Assembly: GCF_964194155.1 (NCBI RefSeq)
Contig: NC_135888.1
Span: forward strand, 122,450,001-122,514,000
Reading direction: 5' to 3'
DNA from: Cetorhinus maximus
Taxonomy: Eukaryota
Length of the DNA stretch: 64,000 nucleotides
Positions 1 through 13,924 of this stretch are shown in pieces. The notes under the pieces are model-generated. The model saw nothing but the letters and a program-made list of their open reading frames with translations, ran no database searches and was not told where the DNA came from. The number at the start of each line of letters is the position of its first letter. Position 1 is the first letter of the stretch. Made by a program: the position numbers and the translations under genes.

Positions 1-113
1 GAGAAATTGTACTTTAAAAAGCTGAAAATATAATAGGATGATCTTACAAAGTTTGTTACATACTTATATTCAAATATAGTTTAACCAAGGTATAGTATAA
101 TTCGAGTTCTGAC

Positions 114-200
114 CTTTTTTGCAGGAGCTGTTGATTGCTTGCTCGTCAGTGGTAACATTAGGAACTGGGTGGTCGATGCTGGAACATTTTCTCCCAAGTC
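114..200 (-). CDS. HMGXB3: HMGXB3 coding exon 4 (DLGENVPASTTQFLMLPLTSKQSTAPAKK); gene continues beyond the window
   Basis: Acceptor ttttctccataag|GAC, donor AAG|gtcaga, 87 bp, phase 0/0. TQFLMLPL matches the recalled human TQFIMLPL. Confidence 0.75.
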
Positions 201-744
201 CTTATGGAGAAAATTAATTCATGCTATCACTTCTTTATAAAGACATATAAACAGGGATCATTCAAATTATACTTTACTAATTTCCATCATACATTCATGC
301 TTTTTGTGCAAGTAGGTCAGTAAAAAAAAAGGTTTCTTCCTGAATTTGGCTCAAAAACCCTTAAAATCCCCATTGTCGCCCTCCCTAAAATCTGGTGTAG
401 CAATGTGCTTGACGACCACTTAAGTACTTCTGAAGTGTAGTCACTGTTGCCTTATAGGGAAATGCAACAACCAATTGTATGCAGTACACATGTCACATGT
501 GCTTCTCTGGGCCCCAATTTACTACATTAAAAAAAAATGAGACTCAATTTTCTGTACAGATAAATACATTCTAGTCTAGCAGGTTCTAGGAAATTGAGGG
601 TGAAAATAGTTTTAAAAATCACTTATAGTTCAAATCCAAAGGCTGGCCGTGCCAAAAAATTCTGATTGCTAAATTATCAGTAAAGATTAAGGTCACTAGG
701 ACTGGAGACCTGGAACAAGTCACACAATTCCATCTTCAGTTTCT

Positions 745-950
745 AATTTTTAAAAATTCATTCATGGGATGTGAGCATCGCTGGCAAGGCCAGCAGTATT
801 GCTCACCCTAATTGCCCTTGATAAGAAAGTGGTGGCGAACTGCCTTCGTGAACTGCTGCAGTCCAGTCCGCCTTCGTGAACTGCTGTAGTATAGGTACAC
901 AGTACTGTTAAGAGTTTCAGGATTTTGACCCAGTCACAGTGATGGATGAA
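745..950 (-). mobile_element. 3' tail fragment of the tRNA-headed CR1-group LINE family
   Basis: Reverse complement of the tail ...AAGGGCAATTAGGG...CCCATGAATGAAT seen in other copies. Internal ~27-bp tandem duplication. Confidence 0.7.
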
Positions 951-1049
951 GGAGTTAGACTAAAAGTGATGCTTATAAGGTAAGATACTTATGAAAAATT
1001 GGCTCGAACAAATTTGCAATTATATTGGGTCTTTCTACAGTCAATGATG

Positions 1050-1360
1050 TATATTTGATGTGCATTTACTGTTACAGTGTAGGGAAATGTGGTGGCCAGT
1101 CTGATGTGTAATAATGAATAGATAAATGTTTTTTGTAACGGTGATGTTGAGACATGAACTCCCCTGCTCATCTTGAAAAGTGCTAGCGTAGGTGAAGGCT
1201 CGGTTTAACATCTCATGCAAGAAACATCTCAAGACAGTCCAGCACTCACTCAGTACTGTACTGAAGGGCCAGCCTAAATTATCAACTCAAGGCTCAGGAT
1301 TAGAAAATGATATTGAACCCTACAAACTTTGTTGCACAACTCCCAGTAACTGGGAACATA
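1050..1360 (-). mobile_element. Degenerate DeuSINE/SacSINE1-like SINE
   Basis: Reverse-complement similarity to the copy at 23776-24190. Confidence 0.5.
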
Positions 1361-1974
1361 GCAAAATGGGCAGAGATCTGGACACAAATTATCCACCTGG
1401 TTTATAAACTAGTGATGTGATTGTTGAGCAGCAATTGCAATGTCATATTTTAAATGCTTTTTCTAATTTCATAACAATTTCTATCTGAAGGATACTACAA
1501 AGAACCCAGACAGCAGCTACCATAAATTAAAAAGTAAAGCAGGTATATGCTCCTCAGAAACGGAGAGCCACTGCAGTTAGGTGGACAGCACAGCTTTCAC
1601 ACAGATCTCCCAGAAGTATGCCAATGGAGGAAAGAGCTTATGTCTTTTTTTTAAGTTTTCTCTTATTTAGAGAATGTCCCACCAGTAGAGCTGTACTAGC
1701 CAAACAATAACCAAGATGCAGGAAAGCCTATCTAGGACATATGCTATTCTGTCACTTCAACTGCATAAATACTAGAGTTAAAGACAGATCTTCCACTTAT
1801 GTAGCACCTTTCACGGGCTGAGGACATTCCAATGCATTGACGACACTGAAGTATTTCTGAAGTGTAGTCCCTGTTGTATTATGGGAAAATGCAACAACCA
1901 ACTGTAGGTGTAACAGGGTCGTGGAAAAAAATCATAATCATATGACCTCAGCTGGAGCGAAATCATCCAAAAAC

Positions 1975-2870
1975 ACATCAGTTTCCACAAGTATGCTGAC
2001 CAACACAGCTCTTCCTCACCGCCTCTCCATTGTCTCTAAATTGGCACACTACTTTTTCAACATCCAGTATTGGATGAGCATAAATTTCCTCCAACTAAAT
2101 ATTAGGCATTTGAAGCCACTGTCTTTATCCCCACTACAAACTTCGCTCCTTAGCCACTGGCTCTGGCTCTCTCTCTGGCAACTGTCTGAGGCTGAACCAG
2201 GCTGTTCGTACCCATGGTGTCATATCTGACCACAGATAAGCTTTCAACCACATATCTACGGCATCACTAAGACCGCCTATTTCCACTTCTGACAATGCCT
2301 GACTCTGCCCCACCTAGGTTCACCTGCTTCTGAAATCTTCATCCATACCTTTGTTACTAAACTTGATTATTCCAATGTACTTCCAGTCCTCCATAAAACT
2401 TGAGGTAATCCAAAATTCCGCTGTCCACGTCCTAACTCACTTCAAATCCATTCGTCCGTTGCCCGTGCTTGCTGACTTACACTTACACCCGGTAATTTCT
2501 GAATTTTAAAATATTCATCTTTGTTGTCAAACCTCTCCATGACCTTCCCCTCCCTACCTCTGTAATCTTCTCCAGGCCCACATCCCTCCAAGGTACCTGT
2601 GCTCCCATTGAACATTTCTGATTTTAATTGCTACACCATGGATGACTGTGTGGTGAGGTGAATTCCCTCTGTAAACTTCTCTGCCTCTACAGCGCTTTCC
2701 TCCTTTTAAGACAGTTCTGAAAACCTACCTCTTTGATCAAGCTTTTGGTCATTTGCTCTAATGTCTCCTGTTGTGGCTCAGTGTCATATTTTGTTTTATA
2801 ATTCCCCTGTGAAGTCCTTGAGATGTGTTATTACATTAAAGGTGTTATATAAATGCAACTTGCTGCTGCT
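1975..2870 (+). mobile_element. L2 LINE 3' fragment
   Basis: Degenerate YADDTQL RT motif and LDYSN motif. 3' end with ATAAATGCAA and a short-repeat tail. Confidence 0.75.
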
Positions 2871-2998
2871 TGTGGAAGGCATTAATTCCACTTGGTCCTT
2901 ATACTTACGGTTCACTTTCAATCTAAAAACATCTGTTAGCAATCTCAGTGTATTACTTTGAGATGTGAGGAGTGGACAAAGCAAATTCAGTTTCCTAC

Positions 2999-3631
2999 CT
3001 GTTTGTTATCAATGCCAACAGCCTGTCCTAGAGCTTTATGAGGAGAAGTGAGACTTCCTGTTGGCTGACTCTGATTTGACAATACTGCTATCACAGAATT
3101 AGGCTCCATAGTTTGCTGGTTGGTGCAGCTGGCAACACTTTCTGAGGCATCACTGCCTGTACCTATCAAGGTTCCTTCAATGACAACACAAGGGGAGTCA
3201 TAAGGATGAGTTAATTCTAAAGAAGTCTCATTGGTGACCAGTTCTCCTGCCACTTTATCATCTCCCGAATTGGAAAATTGAGACAGCATCTCCGACGTAA
3301 CAATCTCCTGCATTGTTTCGGTGTGAATGAAAGCTTCATCGGTAATTCCATCAATGGCGATGCTCTCCTCGGTACTATCAATATGGCCAGAGTCTGTAAG
3401 TGTGCTACTAACTGTAAAGAGGCTTTGTATAGTGTCATGGGTAAGAGTCTGCCAGGTGGCATTGCCTTCACCTCCCCTCTGTGTGGGAGACTGTGCCAGC
3501 TGCTGACCATTTCCATCTCCAGATAAATTAGAAGTGGGAATTATAATATAACTGGAACGAGGAAGAATTTTGCGGAATCCTGGAATATCAGCTGGAGGGA
3601 CACCAGTTGATGCACTGGTTAGATTATCACT
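2999..3631 (-). CDS. HMGXB3: HMGXB3 coding exon 3 (SDNLT...DIPGFRKILPRSSYIIIP...QEIVTSEMLSQ...DNKQ)
   Basis: Lies within ORF 2987..3667. Acceptor ctacag|AGT, donor CAG|gtagga, 633 bp. DIPGFRKILPRS is a conserved HMGXB3 motif. Confidence 0.92.
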
Positions 3632-4914
3632 CTGTAGAGAGAAAAAAAGAACACAATGTGAGTGCAACCCATTTATACAGCATTTTGGTTAAATTCAAAA
3701 ACCAATATAAAGAGGCTAAGTCTCCACTTTTGCTAGAAATAATTTATTATACTAATGCCAATAACATGCTGGAGAGCACAGCTGATAAATGTTATTTAGG
3801 TGCAATCGCTTGCAAGTTAGGCATCAGACTAAGAGGCCCAGATGACATCACACAGAAAAAGGCTAAATAATATGTTGTTATTTCAACCTAAGGCTAAAGT
3901 CTTGAGTACTTTAGTGATATTTTTCTTCAGTTAGATATAGCTTATTTTAATAAGAAATAGACATATTCAGGTTCATCTTTTTGTTGACAGCATTTCTTTT
4001 TTAAGTACAGATGGAGACACCCAATACTTTGGGTTGCTGACGTATGATGACACCAGCACAATGGCTGAAATAAATCTCTGCAAAGTGAATCTAGAAATAA
4101 TTTTTAATTATGGATAAATACAATCCAGTAAATGCCACAGTTTCTAAATTACTTGCTTTGAGCCAAGTAATAGTTAAATATTTCAATTCATTGTAAAATT
4201 AAGTGATTGAAGGTGGACAGTTGGAGTTAACATCACAACCTGATGAAATGTTGAAAAAGTTGTTTTATGCCAATCACTATCGTTAGAGAGGGAAACTAAC
4301 ATGATTGTAATTTTAGAACTCTTCTATACTCAGCAGGTATGTTTACATGTTGCTGAGCTCACAGGCTAGAGGTCTTTCATTCTATTTGCCTCTCATTTAA
4401 AATCTTTGCTGTGTACTGCCCTCTCAAGCTCAAGTTTCTCACTGAAATCTCCTCCTTTAGCCTCTGTACCTGGAGACTCCATCAGCTTGGTGACTTCAAA
4501 AGTACTATTGGATACCCTTAGTTCCCTCCTATAATTTCTTTATCCTCCCACTCATTCTTCCTCCACAGAAACTCCCCTAACCACAGCTACCCCCTCAGTC
4601 TCATGATCACTCGTGGTCTTTCCACTACAGATGCTTTGATCATTGGCCAGGTTGTCTCTGGCCACTTCCTCCCATGCTCCCCAACCATTACATAATTTAT
4701 TAATTCCATTTGCCCATGAAAGAGAAGGAAATGTAAAAAGACAATTATTGCAGTTTACTCTTACACGCTTTGGCACCACTGGATGCTGAACGATTGCCGA
4801 CCCTCTTAGGAGGAGAGAAGGGGTTTAATAGGGAATCTTATAAAAGAAATTAAAGGCAGAAAAATATTTTAACCTGCCCTTCTACCCATGGCAGCTAGAA
4901 AAGAAAGCTTTTAC

Positions 4915-5089
4915 CGGATCTATTCCTTCTTTTTCCAGCTTTGCCTTTTCAAGGTAAATACCCTTTTCAGCAACGCTGAGCCGCCTCCAGCTTTCACTGA
5001 TTTTCTTGTTTATCTCAGACCGGGGCAAATTCGGAAAGTCTTGTTGCACTTTTAAATGAGTATCATAATAGTATAGTAAATATGCTGGC
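4915..5089 (-). CDS. HMGXB3: HMGXB3 coding exon 2, HMG box (RPAYLLYYYDTHLKVQQDFPNLPRSEINKKISESWRRLSVAEKGIYLEKAKLEKEGIDP)
   Basis: Acceptor tttcag|G, donor CCG|gtaaaa, 175 bp. Phase fits both neighbouring exons. Confidence 0.95.
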
Positions 5090-5294
5090 CTGAAACAAAC
5101 AAATGACAGTTTAAAGCACAATTTCCATGCAGCTCATTGGTATTAACAAAAATAGCAGAAGTTTAGTAAAACTGTTGTCATTTCAGTGACTGGTTCCATT
5201 CTTATCAATATAATCATAATCAGAGAACCACTTGCAATAGCATCTCTTCTTACATTATTACTTATGGCGTCCCCCGAAGTCCAATCCTTAGTCC

Positions 5295-6299
5295 ACTCCT
5301 ATCTCTCATCTAAATGCTGCCCCTTGACGACATTATTTGAAGGCACAATGTTAGGTTTTACATGTATGCTGATGACACTCAGCTCTACTTCCCACAACTT
5401 CTCTTGCCTCCTCTACTGTTGCTAAATTATCAGATGATTTATTCGATATCCAGTACTGGGTGAGCAGTTAACTCCTTCAAATATTGGGAAGTCTGAAGCC
5501 ATCATTCTCCATCAGTCCTCCAAACTCCAGTCCCTAGTCATTGACTCCATCCCTCTTCCTGGCAACAGCCTGAGATTAAGTCAGTCTGTTCGCAATCAGG
5601 GTGTCACATTTGATCCAGAAATGAGCTTTAGACCTCAAATTCATGCCATCACCTCCTTTTTCCAACTCTGGAGTAATGCCTGACTTCGCCCGTCTCAGCT
5701 CAGCTGCCCTCATTCATGCCACTGTTATCTCTAGACTTGACTACTCCAATGCAATCCTTGCTGGTCTGCCGTATTCTACCCTCTGTAAACTTGAGGTCAT
5801 CCAAATCTCTGCAGACCATGCCTTAACTCACAGCAAGTCCCATTTCCCTATCACCCCTGGGCTCACTGACCTACAATGTCTCCTGGTTAAGTAACAGCTT
5901 GATTTTGAAATTCTCATCCTTGTCTTCAAATCCATCCAAGGTCTCACACCTCCCTATCTTTGAAACCTGCTCCTGCCCCACAGCCCTCCGAGATACCTGT
6001 GTTCCTCTAAACCTGGCCCCTCAAGCACCCCTGATTTTAGTCACTCCACCATTGGTGGCCATGTCTTCAGTTGCCTGGGCCCCAAGCTCTAGAACGCCCT
6101 CCCTACACTTCTCTGCCTCACTACCTTGCTTTCTTCCTCAAATACACTCCTTAAAATTGCCCTCTTTGACCTAGCTTTTAGTTATCTGACCTAATATCTC
6201 CTTATGTCGATCAGTGTCACACTTTGTTTTATAATGGTCCTTTGAGGTGCCTCGGGACATTCCATTACATTAAAAGCATTGTATAAGTTGTAGTTGTTG
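5295..6299 (+). mobile_element. L2 LINE 3' fragment
   Basis: MYADDTQLY and LIHATVISRLDYSNAILAGLP motifs. GTT-repeat tail. Confidence 0.85.
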
Positions 6300-6829
6300 G
6301 GAGAAGGTCAGGTACACCCACTATGAAGTTATCTCACAAATGAAACAATTTTGAGACAAAATCAAATTTTAAAATACTATTTAAAACAAGACCATTCATC
6401 AAAAATACAGATGCATTTTTACAAATTCTCTTTCATAGGCCAAAATGCCTTTTCCATGTCTTGACTTTTGTGAATCTTGGCTGACTTGTTTCTCCTTTAA
6501 TTACAAAGACCTTATCACTGTCTCAGTTGAAATTCATTTAATCAGCAGACTAGGGATTGACCTTGGTACTTTACTGGTTTCTATACATCAGCTTCTTACT
6601 GGATAAATTTGCCAAGCAATAATAGCCGCAAGACTTCTAAATAAAGATGAAGTTTTGTGTCAGACCAACAAAAAGACTTAAAATATGATGAGGGTTTTTA
6701 TCTAAATACATATTACAAATAGCTTCAAAAACAAGCTACATGGCTATCAAATCAGAAAATATTGTAAAGTTCTATATGCATTGCTATTTTGTCAAACACA
6801 ATACTGGCATTTCCCACTCAAGTCTGTGA

Positions 6830-8020
6830 ACCATAGAATTTTTCAACATAAAACCAAGCCCAGTCAGCCCATCATTCCTGTGCTAGCTCTCTGAAAGAGC
6901 TATCTACTCAGTCCCATTCCTCCGCTTTCCACCCCAGCTTATCCATTTCCCTTTACAAGTTATTATGGATTCCAATGGTTCTGATAGCCTGTTCCACAAC
7001 CAAACAATGCTTTGGGTAAAAGAAAATTCTCCTAACATTGCTTTGTTATTTTGATGATCTTAAAAACTTATGCCCTCTAGTTATTGATTCATCTACTGAT
7101 AGAAAATGGCCCAGATCTTCTGGTCTGCGGGAATGCTGGGGCGATCGCCGATGACTGAGAAGACTGTTGCACCCCCCACTTTTTACTTCCTTCCAGCTGG
7201 GACTTCCGGGTGGGTGAGTGAGTGGGCAGTTAGTCGGGTCAGGGTGGGTAGGTAGTTGAGTTGGTGTGGGTTCTGTGCATGGCAGTCAGGTCGAGGGGTT
7301 GAGTTACGCTGTTAATCATTGAGTTACACCAAAGGCCAACAGTGTAACAATTCGAGGGTATCTGGTTAAGTAGCACTTTCCTAGTCCAAGCTTCCAACAC
7401 TGAGATCAAAGAGACATTCGTGGAGTTCCAGGACAGTGCAAATCTGCCCTACAGAAGTTTCAACTTCCCGGGCAATTACAGTGCGTGTGTCTTAACTTCT
7501 GATTGGTCCTAAAGCATAACAATACAGACGCCTCAACATTCGCCACTGTTAGCAATGGAAGATCTGGTCCGTTATTTTTTCTCGAATTGTAAAACCTTTT
7601 ATACTTTCTGAACACTTTGATCAGATCTCCCCTTAACCTTTCCTGTTCTAATTAAAGTCCTGCTGTTTCCATGATCTCTCCTCATAATTAACACTCCTCA
7701 TCCTTGATATCAACTAAATGAGTCTCTTTTACAACCTCTCCAGGACCTTGACATCCTTCCTAAAATGAGATATTTAAACAGTAGCCTAAATGATTTGTAC
7801 AGGTGTAGCATTGCCTCACTGCTATTTTATTTTATATTGCTAGGATCCCATGTGCTCTTTTGTTTACAGCCAATCAGGCTCTAGTTCCCATTTAAAAATT
7901 TGAAAATCTGAATCACAAAGACTCCTGGCTCCTCTACTATTTAAAGTTTTAAATAGTATAGTAATAGTCTACTACTATCTTCCCCTACTCTTCTTTCCAA
8001 AATGTATCACTTCACATTTC
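6830..8020 (-). mobile_element. Old CR1 LINE 3' fragment, interrupted by a MITE
   Basis: KCEVIHFGKK motif on the minus strand and CR1 3' UTR similarity. Confidence 0.55.
7108..7570. mobile_element. Non-autonomous DNA transposon (Harbinger-like MITE)
   Basis: TIRs GGCCCAGATCTTC and GAAGATCTGGTCC (12/13 match). CR1 sequence resumes on both sides. Confidence 0.6.
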
Positions 8021-9369
8021 TGCTCAAGACAATGTGGCTGGGAAATGCACAGATGGTTAACTTCAAAAAAAGTACGGCATGACAATGTCATAGAATAATC
8101 AATCCACTGTACAATTAAGCAGTTTGTGATCATATTTAGAAAGAGTTTATTTTTAAAAAAAATATGTAAGAACTTCATTTCTGTTTTTAAATTACATAAA
8201 GTGCCCCAATTCAGTGCTATAGATCATAAACCAGACTGATCGCATCCATGGTCACCCAAGTGGAAAGCACAAATATTTCCCAAGGTCAGACCAAATCTGG
8301 AAGCACCATATGCAAGTGTCTTTGAACATCTGCCAGTATTACTACGGTAAAGACTGATCCTATGACTTCTGGAGAAGCATAGTACTAGCCATTCAACTCA
8401 TCGCATCTGTGCTAGCTCTCTGAAAGAACTATCCAATTTGTTCCATTCTTTTGCCTTTTCCCATCACTTTTCTATTTTCATATATATATCAACTTCATTT
8501 TTTTAAGATATCATGGATCCTATTCTCACTAGTTTCTCCTATCCTCTAGTTTTGTTATTGAATAACCCTTGCATTTGTGTCCTCTGTTACCTTATTTACC
8601 ACATCAGAATCCCTCATAATTTTGAAGAACTCATCAGATCTCCCACCTCACTTGGTTCTAGTGAAGAGAGGACCATGTCATCTAGTCTCTCCTAATAACT
8701 CAAGCATCGCATCCCTAATACAATCTTCATATACTTTTTTCATTAGCCTCTCCATGGTGTTTGCATCCCCCTGAAGGTAGGGCATCAAAAGCTAGACAAC
8801 ATTCTAGTTCTGGCCCAATCAGTAATTTTATTTAGGTTTATCGGATTAAAATGATTTCTGCATCAATCTAAACTTCAATATATGTTCAATGTTTAAGAAT
8901 CAACATTAAATGTGTGGACAGTGCTAGAATTCTCCAACATTACAACATATCATTTTGAAAAGCACAACTCTAATAGAAGCCTTACCGAGCTGTTAATAAC
9001 CAAATGGATCAAACTGAAGCGAACTAGATCTGGACCCAGGCTGTTACTGAACCAAAGCAAATCACTGATGTAGGTACTATTATATGGCGATAAAGAAATT
9101 GAAGTGAGAAACTTTCACATGATGAAGTTAATCAAAGTAGTGTACTGCAGATGTCTTCAAAAGAATCCTAACTATCCAGATAATCACATCACTGCAGGAG
9201 TGCTGCGCAGAATATCTGCTCCTAGATTGCCTCCAATCAACAGGTTTAACCCATTAAAGATACAAACAGGATGATTGAGACACCACCACTAAATCAAACT
9301 TGACTATTTTAGGATATGTGAGATTTCCGATGAATCGTACCTTCTGCAGGATAAAGAAATGTTATTTAC

Positions 9370-9518
9370 CTGGGCTTTTTGCCTTTTTTACCTCCATCCT
9401 CACTTTGTTCTTTCCATTTTTTTTTCTTTTTGGGTGGAAAGTTTTTTGTGCAGCTGTAACAGCCTTCAATTTCTTCTGTAACCAGTGTTATCTCTGCTCC
9501 ATCATAGGGGGCATCCAT
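9370..9518 (-). CDS. HMGXB3: HMGXB3 first coding exon (MDAPYDGAEITLVTEEIEGCYSCTKNFPPKKKKKWKEQSEDGGKKGKKPR)
   Basis: ATG at 9518, 2 nt after acceptor tttaag|GA. Donor CCCAG|gtaaat. Similar to the recalled human MDASYDGTEVTVVMEEIE...PPKKKKK. Confidence 0.93.
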
Positions 9519-9599
9519 TCCTTAAAGTAGAGGATACAGAAGATTAAAAACTATCTGCCCTAAAGTAAAATGCAACCGTTTGTAACCCATTGAGTACAC

Positions 9600-10110
9600 A
9601 CAAGAACACAAATAGGAGCATCAGTAGACCACATGGTTCATTGAGCCTGCTCCACCATTCAATACGATCATCACTGATCGTGGGCTTCAACTCCATTTTC
9701 CCGCCCACTCCCCATGTCCCTTAATTCCCTGAGACCAAAAAATTTGTCTATATCAGCCTTAAAATGCATTCAGTGATGGAGCATCCACAACCCTCTACTA
9801 TAGAGAATTCCAAAGATTCCCCACCCTTGGCCCCTTATTCTGAGACTGTGTCCCTGTGTTTCAGATTCCCCAACCAGCAGAAACAATCTCTCAGTGTCCA
9901 CCCTATTAAGCCCCTTCAGAATTTTGTACGTTTCAATGAGGTGGCCTCTCATTCTTCTAAACTCCAGAGAATACAAGTCCAATTTACTCAACCTCTCATC
10001 ATAGGACCCCTTCATCCCAAGGATAAAATTTAGTGAACCTTTGCCATACCGCCTCCAATGCAAGTATATTCTTTCTTAAATGTGGAGACCAAAACTGCAT
10101 GTGTTTGAGG
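9600..10110 (-). mobile_element. CR1 LINE 3' end
   Basis: YDERLSKLDLYSLEFRRMRGHLIETYKIL motif and CR1 3' UTR. Confidence 0.85.
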
Positions 10111-11199
10111 CTCTAAACCAAACAAAATACTTTCAGATAAACAGATTGTTATATTAATATTCAATAGAAACAAGTGAGAGGCTGTATATTCAGTAGTCTC
10201 ATTATTTAAAAAAGAATGAAAGAACTTCAAGAATTCCTGATGGGAAACATTGAATTGTAAAGTCATTTATTCAGTTCTGATCTACAAACTTATGAAGCCC
10301 CTTATTTGATATCAGCTCTAATCAACAAGGAACTTTAAGTGTCTCAAGAGATTGACACATTTTTGATCACCCGCTTATCGGGGTATCAGAGTATGAAAGC
10401 TTCAGGGCTAACTGTCCAGAGCGGAGGCTGATATCTTTCCAGTTACTCGACAAAGTAATGGTAAAATAGATTGAATATGGTACAGTGGTTCACAAATCAA
10501 GTTTCCGGAAGTAAAATTCAAGTTGTGTGAAGCATGACCCTTTCAAAATAACGCTTAGTTTGAGAATTTTTTCAAGAGTCGGCACATTGGTGTAAAAGTG
10601 CAAAGGTTTACAATGTGTTAAGGCTCAGGCTCAGTAAATGGTGCCATACTGTCATGGCAAGGTAGCAACTGAAGGCCCGATATTTTTCATACAAAGATAT
10701 CTTTGACAAGCTTGACAGGGATTTCCATGTCCAGTAAATGACATTTACTGAATAAGTGAAGACAACAATTCCTTGGTATTTGACCACTTCTCCACTCTGT
10801 TCCCCGCCTCCATCACACACCAGCCCATTCATTTAATATATTTGACAAAACACATAGGTGAAAAGTTAAAACATAATTTTTCTAATCTCTGTCCCCACCA
10901 CTTTTTGACATTTCCAGTTGCAGGACCATTATCACAGAAAATGCAACAATTCATCGGTCGGTTAGTCTAAAGATGAATGGAATGAATGGAATCACAGCAC
11001 TTGCAACTTGTAGGTTTTTAGGATGCTCGTGAAGTGACAGAAAAACTAGTTGAGCCAAAAATAAAAGTACACTTCTAATGTTCTGAAGCAGAGAATAATA
11101 CGTTAAGACACTGAAGATTCTGTGAACATGCCAAGCGCTTCAACAGACACTCTCCTGTCTCCTTCTGGTATTTCAGATGATTTACATAATGTCAGATAA

Positions 11200-11480
11200 T
11201 CTGCCTCCAGTTATGTTGATTGAGGGATAAATATTAGTCAGAACACCATTGAAAACTCCCCTGCACCTCTTCACATAGTGTCATGGGATCTTTTATACCC
11301 ATCTGAAAGGGAAGACTGGCCTTGGTTTAAGATCTCATCAAAAAGGCATCATCTCTGACAGTACAGCACTCTCAGTACCGTGCTAAAGCATCAGTCTATA
11401 GACTACGTGCTCAAGTCTCTGGATCAGGACTTGCAGGCACAACTTTGTGACTCAGTTGCAAGAGTGCTGCTGCTAAGGTA
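11200..11480 (-). mobile_element. DeuSINE/SacSINE1-like SINE; a plus-strand tail fragment lies at about 11690-11850
   Basis: Similarity to 23776-24190. Confidence 0.6.
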
Positions 11481-12746
11481 GATAGATGAAACAGACTTAT
11501 ACTTATTTTAGTTCTTTTGCCTTAGTCAGGTCATGGATTCAAGCCCCACTCGAGATAGTCCAGGCCGACACATCAGTGCGGAGATGTCTTTTTCAGATGA
11601 ATGATAAACTGAAGTCCATGCACAAAATATCCCGTAGTGCTATGCAAAGACCAGGAAAGCTCCCAATATTTGTCCATCAACCAAGCGCAGAAAAGCAGGT
11701 GATCTGCTTTTTGTGGGACATTGCTGGATGCAAATTGGCTGCTGCACCTCTTACACTGCAACAATGACAGCACCTCAGAAGTACTTCATTGGATGCAAAG
11801 AACAATGGGATGACCAGAAGTTGAAAAAGGTGCTTTAGGAATGCAAGTTTTTCTTTTAAATCTACTGGCGTGCAATAAAGAATCTACAGAGAAAGGTATC
11901 AGCACCCTTTTTCTCATCTCCTGATCCCCAAATGCAAATCATTTGCTAGAATTCCTCTGAAATATAATAGGAGGCGCTACACAGAGAATAGGGGAAAAAA
12001 TGATTACCTCACTCAAAGCTCTGCATTCCTACAAAGTAGGCCTGGTGTGACTTCATTGATAAATGCTAAATGGTAGGTTAAATTTGGTACTAACAAGCAA
12101 TTGTCTCTAAATCTTTATAGAGGAGGTAGTCAACAAAGCATTCACCTACAGCATTATATTAAGAAACTTTGCCAGATTCTCTTACAAAAGCTCTTTAGGA
12201 TTGACTATTTAATTGCGCTGTTTCGTGTGCACAGTGCTTTTCTTTAAATTCACTTTAAGCTTAAAATATGTACTTTGGTTAATTATAACCAGTAAAACCT
12301 CCAAAATTATTTGGCTCTACTGACATGCCAAGCTGATTATATGTACGTTCGTACATTTTAAAGTCCATCGCACAGATTGTTGCAAATGGGCTAATGGTCA
12401 ATGGTAGAATATGTAAAATGTACAGCTTCCAATTTGTGCACGTGGGGCAGGCAGGAAGGGAAGAGACAAGGTCCACTCACAGAAAATGCTGTGACACAAT
12501 TTCAAAACTCAAATCACTACAGCAATTCTCCATTCATCAGATTGCCACTGTGTAAAACAAAGATCAAATTTTTATTGCTGCAAACTAATTGCATACAAGG
12601 TTACAAAGTACAGCATGTGTTTTATACCTCTACAGTTTCCACAGGGTCACGTGACCACAGCACAACAAAAAAAAAATTCCCTCAAAGGATGCAATAGTCT
12701 TTACCTTGCTCATTGTCTGATGAGGTACGCATACTTCAATAACTAA

Positions 12747-13460
12747 TGTTATGATCTCAGTCAAGACCAGCAACTTTTTTAAAAAAGAAATCCAAAATCT
12801 CAGTTATTTATACTGAAAGAATGATGCACAAGATTCCACGGTTTAAAACAAAATATTTTTTACTATACAAGAGTCAAATCAAGCAAACACTAAATACCAT
12901 CTTGGGTAACCACCTACACTCCAAAACCAAAAATCAATACAAGTTAAACATGAATTAACAGGCAAACTGCGGTCAATTATAAACTATAAATTACACATTA
13001 AAAAGCAGATACAATTAAGACAGGTCCAAAGAATTGGCTCGGCTATCCGCTCAGCATATATGTCATCAATCTCAGTTCTTCAAAACTCTGTCTTCCTCAT
13101 GAAGAATTTCAGCTCCTCTTTTAGGATTTAGTCTGGTCCCCAGCTGACAGCAGTGCATAACCAACCAGACTTCACAGGCACGGTCTTCTACACGTCTCGT
13201 TCTGGATGGTGTAAATCCACCAGTTATCAGAAACTGCGGCGCTGTATATGTGCCCATTCTGGATCGACCCTCTCTTCGTCAGCCTGCCTCTACTGCACCA
13301 CTGGATCTTCATCCAAGTTCTGATGGCTCAGTGCCCTTGATATAAGGTTTCAACCAGTTTCTGTCTCCCCAGAAGCTTTAGTTTCCAATCTCAGTTCCAA
13401 TCTTAGTTTCCTTAGAAACTGGTAGGGTCAGTTTCCTTTCTCAATTTCCCTTTTCAAATA
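12747..13460 (-). mobile_element. Possible LTR fragment
   Basis: Starts TGTTATGA, so the minus strand ends ...GAGATCATAACA like an LTR terminus. The other end is unresolved. Confidence 0.3.
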
Positions 13461-13924
13461 GGGATAAGCTTCGAAACTAGGGATTCCATCGCACCAAAAA
13501 TTTTTTCCCCTAACCCCTCCCTTCACATCGAGGACTTTAATCAACCTTCAGCATACAAAGGAAGTAGCTATATTTGTATAGCATGTCCCACATCCTCTTT
13601 TGCTGGTTATAACTCACCATATTTTCAGATAAAAGTGAGTTTAAAGAAATAAGCACTGTGCATATGAAACAGCACAATAGCAAACCATAAAAGTGCTTTT
13701 GTAAGACAATTTGCTCATGAAGTGACAGTAAAATTTCTGCATATAAAGCTGTAGGCAGTTTTCTTGCCTTCTGCGTAATCCTCAGGATGCTGCAAAGTGT
13801 TTCACCATCAATTAATAACTGTAGAGCATTTCACTATGTTAAAGGCGCCATACAAGTTGCTGTTTAATTGAGAGTAATGATGTTGAGAACTGGAGAACTC
13901 CCTGCTCCTCTTTTAAAAAGCATT

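Noticed and set aside
9119-9280. ATGATGA as a C box of an intronic snoRNA
   Set aside because: It is antisense to the host gene and lacks a terminal stem and a properly spaced D box.
10340-10970. Non-repetitive-looking stretch with short ORFs in HMGXB3 intron 1
   Set aside because: I found no recognisable protein motif or confident splice pair, so an exon call cannot be supported without RNA-seq.
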